Source: Octopus sinensis (taxonomy: Eukaryota). From it: DNA of 64,000 bases. Positions 1 to 10,534 of this stretch are shown here, in pieces. The position numbers and the translations under genes were made by a program. Position 1 is the stretch's first letter. Every line of letters begins with the position of its first letter. The DNA is taken from assembly GCF_006345805.1 (NCBI RefSeq), contig NC_043003.1, forward strand, positions 40,796,001 to 40,860,000. The letters are read 5' to 3'. Under the pieces are notes generated by a model that was not told the DNA's origin, ran no database searches, and saw only the letters and a list, made by a program, of their open reading frames with translations.

Positions 1-161
1 ACTGGTACTTAATTTATCGACCCTGAAAGGATGAAAGGCAAAGTCGAAAGGATGAAAGGCAAAGTCGACCTCGGAGGAATTTGAACTCAGAACGTAGCGG
101 CAGACGAAATACGGCTACGCATTTCGCCCGGCGTGATAACGTTTCTGCCAGCTCACCGCCT
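1..161 (-). mobile_element. tRNA-derived SINE, family A, 5' part (cut by window start)
   Basis: Reverse complement starts ggcggtgagctggcagaaacg (A-box-like) and contains GTTCAAATTCC (B-box). Near-identical to copies at 36809 and 41519. Carries a 21-bp tandem duplication (25-45, 46-66). Confidence 0.9.
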
Positions 162-282
162 TAACAAATCTGAAGAAATGCCTTTAAAACATATCGGAAA
201 TTTTTATTCTGTTCAAAATGACGGAGCTTTAATTGTATAAATCGTATATATTTTATGCTTTATAGACAAGCTACTTTACATT

Positions 283-475
283 GTTTACTTTTTTCCTTGT
301 CTCAGTCATTGGACTGCAGCCATACTGGAGTACCGCACCGAACCGCATTGAAGTGTTTAACCAATCAAAACAGCGCCAGTACTTTTTTTAAATCTGGCAT
401 TTCTATTACCGTTAGCTGTCGAACAGTTATGTTACAATGACGTAAACAAACTAATACCGGCTGTCAAGCGTTGGG
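283..475 (-). mobile_element. SINE family B, degraded 3' part
   Basis: cagtcattggactgcagccatactggagtacc matches the reverse complement of the 3' end of the copies at 27921 and 55057. Confidence 0.7.
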
Positions 476-559
476 ATAATGTAAACATAAATATGCACAC
501 TCTTAACGCCAAAAGCCGGGAAAACGACAGCAAAATATACAGTACATCATTTATAGTGT

Positions 560-715
560 TAATCTACCACCCAGGCCTGATACTGTATTTCAGCGACCTC
601 AGAAGGATGGAAGGTAATATTGACCTCAACGGAATTTGAACTCAGAGCATATAGAATAGGAACAAATACTACGAGGCATTCTTTTCGACGGTCTAAAGAC
701 TTTTCCACTTTACCT
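560..715 (-). mobile_element. SINE family A, degraded
   Basis: gacctcaacggaatttgaactcag core shared with the copy at 1-161. Confidence 0.75.
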
Positions 716-810
716 TCGTCGTCATTTTAATCATCATCAGCAGCATCATCGTCGTCGTCGTCGTAATTTGGTCGCTGCCGTCATCATCATTACCGACGGC
801 GCACGCAGTT

Positions 811-882
<72 letters not shown>

Positions 883-1040
883 TACTACTACTACTTCTTC
901 TTCTTCATCGTCATCATACAGTCGTCGCATAGCCGTCGATCTATCGTCGTCATCACCTTTGCCATTTTCTGTCGTCGTCGTCGTTGGAACCACCACCACA
1001 ACCATTTCGAACAACAAAAACAACAACAACAACAACAAAA
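716..1040. repeat. Compound trinucleotide microsatellite (CAT/CGT/CTT/CTA/CAA)
   Basis: Directly visible runs of (ctt)n, (cta)n and (caa)n. Confidence 0.95.
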
Positions 1041-1536
1041 TCTATCGCCTTCTCAAGCTCATAGTTCCCAATGAAATTATCTCCGAATCAATCACCAAAC
1101 TTAGAAGGCCAAACAAACGTTTCACTTCACAACTCTCACCGATTCCTTGTCATTTGTTCGTCTTTGGTTTTGACGTATGATGACAAATGCGTTCGTGGTT
1201 AACTTGAGCCATTTCACATTCGCTATTTTAGAATCAAGTACTTGTAGCAATAAAATGGTATGAGATTGTCTATGAGGAAGTCTACTTTACGTAACAACAC
1301 CATAAATCGCATAGAACTAATTAGTTTTATGGAATGATATTTATCCGAATTTACTCGAATATATTTGTTCCAGAACAAGTCTAGAAATATATCTTTTTAT
1401 AAACTGAATTAATTCAAGAGGCTATATGATGAGTTGTATAATTTAAGTTTCTTTGGAACTAATATTTCAATCCAAAACCTTTCCATCTAGATTTATCATG
1501 GTAAAAAAAAAAATCGGTATTTTTGTATACGACATA

Positions 1537-1907
1537 TATGTATGTATGTATGTAATGTATGTATGTATGTATGTATGTATGTATGTATGTATGTATGTGT
1601 GTATGTATGTATGTATGTAGGTATGTAAGTCTGTATGTATATTGGCAAGGTTAAGAAGTTAAAAGTGAAATGAAGAAAATGTTTCGAAAACTTTATCATA
1701 AAGACGAGAAGTATTCATATTTTTATAGAATACGTTACTAGTTTCAGTCGCTAATAAAATTTGACTTATGAACGCATCAATCTCTGTCTCTCTCCTCTCC
1801 CTCTGTCTGTCTGTCTGTATATATATATATAGAGAGAGAGAGACAGATAAATTGATATATATATATATATATATATATATCAATTTATCTGTCTTTCTGT
1901 CAGTCTG

Positions 1908-1960
<53 letters not shown>

Positions 1961-2010
1961 ATCTATCTATCTATCTATATATCTATCTACATGTCTGTCT
2001 GTCTGTAAGT
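1537..2010. repeat. (TATG)n, (CT)/(TA)n and (TCTA)n microsatellites
   Basis: Directly visible; these explain the ORFs at 1496-2058. Confidence 0.95.
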
Positions 2011-2195
2011 GTGTGTATAGATTTACGCAATCGAAAAGTCAATAATAATAAATGGTAAAATTAATTAATCAATTCATAATTAATAATCATACCAAGCTAC
2101 TTGGTATGTGAAAGCCGGGTGGATTCGTTATTTTTTTCACTTTGCCTGCGTGAGTTGAGAGTATTGCTGTCTAGGAGATATCTTAGGGTAGTCTC

Positions 2196-2445
2196 TGCGC
2201 CCTTTTTTAAAACCTAGCCAGGCTCATGGGCCCAGTTTCCCGGTTTCTATGGCGTATGTGTACCCTAGGTGGACGGGACGCCAGTCCATTGCAGCGTTAC
2301 TCATTTTTGCCAGGTGAGTGGAATGGAGCAACGTGAAATGAAGTGTTTTGCTCAAGAACACAACGTGTCGCCCCGTCCAGGAATCGAAACCACAATCTTT
2401 CGATCATGGTGCTGACACCCTAACCACTAAGCTACGCGCCTCCAC
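2196..2445 (-). mobile_element. tRNA-derived SINE, family C
   Basis: Reverse complement reads gtggaggcgcgtagcttagtggttagg (A-box) ... gtttcgattcc (B-box) ... gtgttcttgagcaaaacac, then gcaatggactggcgtcccgtcc, a central segment resembling conserved-domain (Meta/V-type) SINEs from recall. Confidence 0.8.
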
Positions 2446-3180
2446 ATCTTATGGTAGTAGAATAGTATTTAACTGCTATTTCTAAATATCAGTATGTGTT
2501 GAAGCAATTTTGCTAAGCCGAAATTATAATTATTTTTATAATTATAATAATTTTTGTATAATCGAAAAGTCATATAAATAGTTTAAAAGCATTAAGATCT
2601 GTTCCTTACATGTTGTGTCATAGGTGCAAGTATTCACGTCTAGAGCTAATCAAAGGCTATATAACAATAGTAACGTCATAACGTGTAGGATGACTTCAAA
2701 GCTAAATCTGGTTTGGATATTAACAGAATCTCGAATTATAATTTATAGTAAGTAAAAGAGGAAAGAATCATTGTGTATTGTAGCTCTATATAAATTATGT
2801 TTAAAAGAGATAAAGGATTGTCATAGTATTATGCTTATGATTCATCAACAATTACTACTATCGAATTCATAGGAGCCGATAAGGTCTGCCATACCATTCC
2901 GGTCTACGTTTTACCATTTGCTTTTTCCAGTCTTTGGACTGCATCTACGCTAGGGTAGCACTCTGAAGTGTTTTAGTTGAACAATCGATTCTAGTAATTC
3001 TAAACACAACCACTAATGTAATGTTTATTTAAAAGATGCAACTTTCATAATGTTCAGCATCAGTACAATTTAGATATATATACGATTATGAAATGCAAAG
3101 CAATGGGTTTATGTTCTATGTTTTTTTATATACCTGCATTTATTTAGATAATACAAATATATATATATGTGTGTGTGTGT

Positions 3181-3345
3181 GGAGAATTCACGAGAAAGCA
3201 AAAGATGAAGACAGGTGGTGTAGAAAACAAACAAATGTATTTGTATAACGCTCGGGAATTAAAAAAGTATTTTACGTTTCGAGCCTACGCTCTTCCAGAG
3301 AAAGGAACACAGAAAGAAACAAGGAGAGAAAAACATTTTGTGTAA
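3181..3345 (-). mobile_element. Interspersed repeat with degenerate hammerhead-like motif (Penelope-like element remnant?)
   Basis: First about 60 bp recur at 22279-22340. Minus strand reads ctggaa-GAGC-gtag-GCTC-GAAACGTA. Confidence 0.55.
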
Positions 3346-3369
3346 TGGCTACCGATCTATCATGGCGAA

Positions 3370-3380
3370 TGATATATATA

Positions 3381-3434
<54 letters not shown>

Positions 3435-3563
3435 ATTAATAAATATATATATACATACATTCACACACATGTTTTCAGTAATATGTGGGTCAGGAGGATG
3501 ACACAGGAACATACAGGAAACAGAATAATGCACACACAATGGGTGTGGAAACGCACGCACACA

Positions 3564-3650
<87 letters not shown>
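3370..3650. repeat. (TA)n and (TG)n microsatellites
   Basis: Directly visible. Confidence 0.95.
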
Positions 3651-6284
3651 ACTCAGATAAAACTGAAAGTCTGCATAAATTACATAAGGACATCAACGGA
3701 TTACTGACAAATAGCATCACACAGACATATAATAAAAATAAATGCCAGCACCTTGGCGAAAATCAATAATGTATCAAAACTTATACCAGACCAGTAAAAC
3801 GTAGAATATAGTATAGACTGCTTAACCATATGAGAATAATATATCACGTTGAGGAACGACCTGACCAATTAGTATTATTTTTCCAAATGCTGGCGGATAA
3901 TTCATACAAAGAAGGAACATCTTTTAGTAAGAACACTGAAAATAACAGAAACCAAGAAATTTAAAAGACCACTAACCAACGATAATGAAATTATAATAAT
4001 GCGCTTGACTTGTTTAATATTACCAATAACAAAAATGCAACTCTCCTCAATTTGATAATGGTGGGTTCTACGCACAATTTCCATATCTTTTCTCCCCAAG
4101 GTTCTGGGCAAAAATGAAAAGAACCAGATTCATTAGTAACTAAGTTTTCAATTTATTCATTTTCTGATTTTGACAACGATTCTACATCGCTGGATATCTG
4201 CAACGAAACATTTGATATTGCTACAGCCAATTGCGACTGAGCTGTAGTTTGTGTGATAACAACCAAAACTGGAATCTACGTCGGAATCTACAAAAGCTAT
4301 TCAAATAACTTTGGAGTTTCTCACAACATAATTGGTGTCACATCCAACTTATTTATTAAACTAATGCAGTAGAAAATTAATTCGCACATTATATAGATCC
4401 GCATTAAGAATAAATTTGTCACCAACATAAACCTTTTGAGATTTAGGGTTAGACCTCAAAATACAAACCTTCTAGAAAACCAAATGCGTAGTCAATGTGC
4501 ATTTAAAATTTCATGACATCCTTTAAAGATAATGCAAAATAATAATAACCTATATAGCAAATTAATACCAATTGCATCATGAGATACGGTAAATTTTAAT
4601 AAAACTGCCATATTTTACTTTAAAAAATAGCGTACCTAAAGAAAGAAACAACATAACAAAAGATTGAAGAGCATGTAAACAGAAATAGAAAATGGGTTAC
4701 AAATCTGGTTTAATTTGCGCTTCAGCAAATGCGTAAAACAAGTTATACATCAAACTATCTTAAACCTACTAAAAAACCAAAAAGTTGTCAATTATAAACT
4801 ACACGAGTTGTGTAATAACAACGTCAACATTAATTATAAATCTACGAAAACATTCTTTGGGTAACAACTTTGAAATTTCTGTCAAAAATAATGTGAGTTG
4901 GTAATCCAGTGTAACCGCAAGAATAAACATATGTGACACTTTAAAGCAAAATGAGTAAAGAAAGCAATATTTCATGAAATGAAAATAATATCAGAAGCAA
5001 CGAGTGCACGTAAACACCGCAACATTTTATGCCAAATATCTTTGAAATAAGTGTGCTTAAATATATGTCCAGCTTTAGGAGTGAGAAAAGGAGAAACAGT
5101 ATTGCTTTAGCAAGAACTAACAACTGAAATAGATGTGTTGACCATCTCCATTCTGAATGGTTAATCATTGAACATAACATGCCCAGCACGATTAAGCGAA
5201 GTAATGCCGATCATATGTGGTATGAAATTTCATACATCCATCAAGCAAAACCTATAATTTAAAAGGAAACAACTGAAATTATTATCAAATACCATCACGA
5301 GAACAAACTTCGCCTGGCAAATTGTAAGTGGAATAGAATCAAAATGACATAGAGAATAGAAAAAAAATGGGACACACCGAACGCTCAGAAAACGCTTTCT
5401 CGCGGTACAGAAAAACAGCTTTTCCCTGTTAGTTTTTGAATTCGACGGTGCAAAAGTTCCAAAGGGCAAAAATTATCTACTTCTGCCTCTCTCTGTTTCT
5501 CTCTCCTCTCTCTCTCTTTCTATCTCACTTTTGCCACCTCTCTATCATCTATATCTATCCATGAATGTCTGGGGTATATTATTGATTTCAACTGTAAACG
5601 AACATAAATACAAACTACAGAAGCTAAGGGGATATAACTCCAACGTGCTAGTGACTAGGATTTAGAAATCGGCATCCACATATGTGTACAACTGCTGGTT
5701 AAAGTTATTATTAATAAGTTCCGTCACGAACACAGAAGTAAAACAAAAACTTAGTGGTTATCATTAACAACTCCGAATGAGAAAAGGGAGATCATATTCA
5801 AGCAAGTTTCTGGTTCAATTAGCATGTTTTGGAAAAAGAAAAACAGAACAGACTTCTTTTTGTTTCCCAGATGAGTGACTGCTATGAACCCTTTAGGGCC
5901 CTATTTAAGCCTCATCAGTATATCATAATATTTCTCAACTCCTGAAAGATGTAGGCAATTCAGTGTATATGGAATTTCGCATTATATGTTCTTGTTAAAC
6001 GTGTTTATTTCCATTAATAAAACAGACTGTACCCATGGGAAAATACGTCAAAGAAGGCAGTGCTATGAAGTTGTATAAAAAGCTGGTTGGAGAGTTTTGT
6101 ACTGAATATCATCAATTCTTAATTTATTAATTTATTAAAATTTACGGCGCAGATGAACAAAAGCCCTGCGATAATTGTCAGCAATTCTGAATAAGAGGGA
6201 AGATAATTTCAAGAAATTAAGAAGAATTAAAATTTTTAAAGATATGCCTTGGAGAAAGTACAACCAGATTTTTGTTTTCCTAAT

Positions 6285-7647
6285 TACGATGTCAAATCAA
6301 AAAAGTATCGGGATTGATGCTATAAAAAGAAAACTTCAACGCACATCAATTCTGAATTTAATTTAATCTCCTTCACATTAACCTCCTTTTAAAGCTGCAA
6401 ACTTTGTCTAGCGTTGCTTCTTTCCAATGATGGAAGCGTTCCCGGAACTCATTTTTTAGGATGGAAAGTAGCTGCTTTGTCGCATTCTATTAGATTTTCT
6501 CGACGTCTTGAAATATTGTTCTTTACGGGTGGGATTTGATTTTGGTAAAGAGGAACAAGTCGCAAGGGGCATGATTTGGGGAATATGGTGGTTGTCGCAC
6601 CTAGGGGATATTGTACTTGACCAAACATTGTTGAACAAAACAGCACTATATGGGCAAATTCCTTTGTCATGGTGGAGTTGCTACTCACTGAATGCGTGCA
6701 GTTCTGTACATTTCCGACAAGCAGCATCTCAAACGCCGCAACACGTCACGGTAGTACTCCTTGCTTACTGTTTGACTTGGTGAAGCATACTCATGATGAA
6801 CAAAGCCTTTGTCGAAGAAAACTCTCAAAAGCGTCTTCATATTGCATCGACTCATTCGCGTTGTCTTCGGTTCGGAGAGACCGGGGTCATCAAGTCATCA
6901 ACTAAGAAGAACTGAGCCTTTGTTTCCGGGTCATAGTGATAGAGCCACGATTCTTCGCCTGTTATGACCGGTTACTAAAAGTCTTTGTCTTCCTCGAAAC
7001 AATCCAAGAGAGCCTGCGCAGTTGAAATCCGATTGTTCTTTTGGTCAACTGAAAGATGTTTTGGAACAAAAATGAAAGACACACGTCTCATATTCAAGTC
7101 TTCAATGAGATGAACCGAACTGAATTATAACTATTGCTCACAACCCCCGACATCTCACTCACGGTGATTCAACTGTATTTCTGAACAGCTGCTCGCACAT
7201 CTGGGATGTTTTCACCAGTTCTGCTGGTTGCAGGTATCCTAGAACGTGCACCAGAGTCTACATTTTGCCGCCCTTCTTGGAACCGTTTGAACCACTCGTA
7301 CCCACGTGCTCGGCTCATACACTTCTCTCCATAAACGTTCTACACATCTGCGAAAGTCTTTGCGCAGTTATGACTAAGCTTTTGGTAGAATTTGAAGCAA
7401 ATGCTCTGCTCAATTTTCTCTGGAATGGTCACTGATGGAACCTCTGTGGGTTGATGAGTTCATCATCCCCTAAACGCTTTACTTCCAAGCTCTGTTATAA
7501 GAAAAATGGAAGTGAGAAAGAACGTTATAGCATATGAGCATGCACCACAGAAATCAAGGTCCATCTGTACAAAGCGGCTTCATTCTGCGTATTTTAGCCC
7601 GTTACCATAACAACAGTCCCGATACATTTCGATCAATCCTCAAGTTA
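6285..7647 (-). mobile_element. Mariner (DD34D-type) transposon fossil, about 1.36 kb, disrupted transposase
   Basis: Minus-strand translation across frameshifts gives EQSICFKFY, MSRARGYEWFKRF, FVPKHLS (WVPxxL), ITGEESWLYHYDPETK, LHHD and APCDLFLF. Degenerate TIRs: atcaaaaaagtatcgggattg (about 6296) versus reverse complement atcgaaatgtatcgggactg (about 7615-7634). Confidence 0.92.
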
Positions 7648-7949
7648 ATTCAACCGTGAAATTTCCCATAAAAGAATGTAATTTTTTTAACAGTTGTGAC
7701 GAGGGCTGAATAAAGTTCAACACTTCAGGATTTTTTTTTTTACATTTTTCGTGCTGCCAAAAAGTTCCGCTAGCCGTTGTCTGTACTGTTGTCTACATAA
7801 GATTAAAAAACAACCGCAAATGGATAACAGGAAGGCAGGACATATATATATAAGTAAAGAATTAACGAAAAAATATACAGAAAAATAGAAATAAGATTAT
7901 AAATATATAAGGAGAAATAGGAAAGAATGTCTGAATGGTTGCATGTAAC

Positions 7950-8020
7950 TACTCACACACACGCACGTACACATACACATACACACACACACGAACACAC
8001 ACAAACATACGTACACACAC

Positions 8021-8051
<31 letters not shown>

Positions 8052-8066
8052 CATGTATGTAAGTAT

Positions 8067-8098
<32 letters not shown>

Positions 8099-8246
8099 CA
8101 TGTATGTAAGTATATATATATATATTATATATATATATATATACATATATATGTAGTCACAGATGATAAATATTGATCTCTGTGGTTAACTGGAACTTAA
8201 ACTGAAAATTAATACTGTATCCACCCGGATAATATTTCCCTCCAAA

Positions 8247-8317
<71 letters not shown>

Positions 8318-8372
8318 AAGTTAATCCAAACAAGAAAGCACAAAAAAAAAACACAACAACGCGAGGACGTGG

Positions 8373-8424
<52 letters not shown>
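7950..8424. repeat. (CA)n/(TA)n microsatellite cluster
   Basis: Directly visible. Confidence 0.9.
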
Positions 8425-8427
<3 letters not shown>

Positions 8428-9314
8428 CGTGCGATGGGTAAATTGTCGTCATTATATTATTTTTCTTTTGCGCATTGTTTGATTTTGATTTTGTCGACTA
8501 CAGAGTATAGTAGCGTCAGTTGGACAGCGTCTGTGAGAAAAACAGCACTATGACGCAATTCATTCTGCGAGAAATTTAGAAACGGCATGCTGTACTACTT
8601 GGCATTTGCACCAGAATACGAACATCTCAGAGTATTTGGGTGTCAATATGTGGACAGTGCAGTCTGAGGATATGTACTGAGAGTGATAAAAATCAAGCAT
8701 CCAATAAACATCATGGTGTTTGGAGTGACCATTAGTGATGGCAAAGTTATGACTTCCTATTTATCTTCCCACAGACCGTTAGACTCAACTGGGAGGCATA
8801 CATCAAATGCTTGGAGGAGGTAGTGCTGCTCAGAGTCAAGAGGCTAGTTGCTGCAAGAACCTATGTCTGGCTTCAGGACTCTGCAACATGCCAAACAAGT
8901 AGGAGACTGCACCGTACCATACAAGCATGGCTGTCAGACAATGTTTGCGACTACATCACCCTTAACATCTGGCCACCTAACTCTCCAGACTTCAACTCTC
9001 TTGATTGTTATGTGTAGGGCGTAAGTTGAGCGAGGGATCAACGAAACTCCTTGTAACACCAAAGATGACCTGAGGGCAAGGATTATGGCAGCATTCACCA
9101 ACTTAAACAAGTAGACCGTCCAGAAGAGTTGCAAGAAATTCCGAAGTCGTCTGGATGCTGTGGTTGAAGCCAATGGTGATTTTATTGAATATGTTTACTC
9201 CAGTATTTCAAGATATTTTTTATGTAATTTTGGAAAATATATCAGTTAAAATGAGATATCAATGTTATTTTCACTTGTGTGTAATTTAGACGACAATTTA
9301 TTCACCGCAACCTG
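8425..9314 (+). mobile_element. Internally deleted Tc1/mariner element of maT (DD37D) or rosa (DD41D) type
   Basis: TIRs cagcgtgcgatgggtaaattgtcgtc and reverse complement caggttgcggtgaataaattgtcgtc, with TA on both sides. Translation includes IMVFGV, YVWLQDSA and NIWPPNSPDFNSLDCYV. Confidence 0.92.
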
Positions 9315-9684
9315 TATATACATAAAAATTTTCGGTTTAGTCGAGTTAGTCTTTTGCAACTCTGAGTATCGCCTTCAAAACATTGTGCACTCGCCAGCGA
9401 AACTCAGAGGAATATGAGACTAACTGGAACATTGCTTCCTTCGTTTACTCGTTCTTCTTATTCTCTTTCTGTGGATTACTCTTTCTCTCAACACTCAACT
9501 TATACAAACACACACACGCACGCATAAGAAAAGTGGAAATCAGAAAGAACTAATAGAATTTTATTTTGACTTTAGAAGAATTTCGAAGAATTAATGTAAA
9601 TGGAAAGAAACTGACAAAGATAGAAGAAAACCGAACACAGTTGTGGTTGCTAAACATTCTTTTACGTCACTTCCAGTATTTCTA

Positions 9685-10530
9685 TAACAATGACTGTGAG
9701 GCTAACAATAGGATAACCAAACAATGAAAGGAAACTGACATTAGGAGAAGTAAACAAAGTGAGATGCTAAAAAGTGGAAAATAACATCAGAAACCAATAA
9801 GTTTGGAAGTAAACAAGTTAAATGCTAATATTGTTAGTGCTTAATAATGTGTGAGACGAATCATGTTATTCTCTACGAGAGTTAGAATCTCACATTATCA
9901 GTATCTTATAATGTGACAGGTTAACTATGGCCGTATGCAATAAGCTCGTCTCATGATCGTAGGGTCTTGAGTTCGTTTCTTGAGCAAGATACTTTATTTT
10001 CACATTGATCCAGTTCACTCAACTGGCAAAAGTGATTTGTACCTGTATTTCAATGGACCAACATTTCTATATGTGGGCTGTCACGCTGGTTCTCCCTGAG
10101 AACTACCTTAAGCGTACTTGTGTCTGTGGAGTGCTCAGCCACATGCACGTTAATATTACGAGCAGGGTTTCCTGTTGGTCGAATCAAGTGGTACACCTGT
10201 CGTCGTGACCGACGAAGATCCCGGCCATGTAATAAGTTGAGAAGCTAAAAGTATTAGCGACTAATAATGGGAGAAGATAACAACGCCCGTTTCTTATAGG
10301 GGGACGCACTAATAATATAATCATCTATTAATGTGACGGGGTAACAATGTCAGCTTGAGAGGTTAAAGTAATAATATGAGAGGCAAACAGTTTCACTGTC
10401 CAAGAATGTGAGAGACTAACAATGTCAGTGTGTTAGGCTGAGAGCAATAATGTGGGAGGCCTGCAAGGTCATTTTAAAATAAATGCGATGGGTTAACAAT
10501 GTGAGGGAGCAATAATATGAGAGGCTAACA
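9685..10530. repeat. Degenerate 16-bp minisatellite (consensus about AACAATGTGAGAGGCT), left arm
   Basis: Adjacent 16-mers such as aacaatgtgagggagc and aataatatgagaggct (10496-10527); interrupted by a SINE. Confidence 0.7.
9930..10230 (+). mobile_element. SINE family D, degraded
   Basis: gagttcg B-box remnant, then ttcttgagcaagatactttatttt...ccagttcactcaactggcaaaa shared with the family C head (2196-2445), followed by a different 3' body. Confidence 0.65.
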
Positions 10531-10534
10531 TGGT

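Noticed and set aside
3902-4111. Hydrophobic minus-strand ORF resembling a GPCR TM1
   Set aside because: No further TM motifs in frame; better explained as the antisense of the A-rich plus-strand frame.
5871-5950. Strong acceptor followed by ATG (MSDCYEPF...)
   Set aside because: All three phases hit a stop before the candidate donor at 5951.
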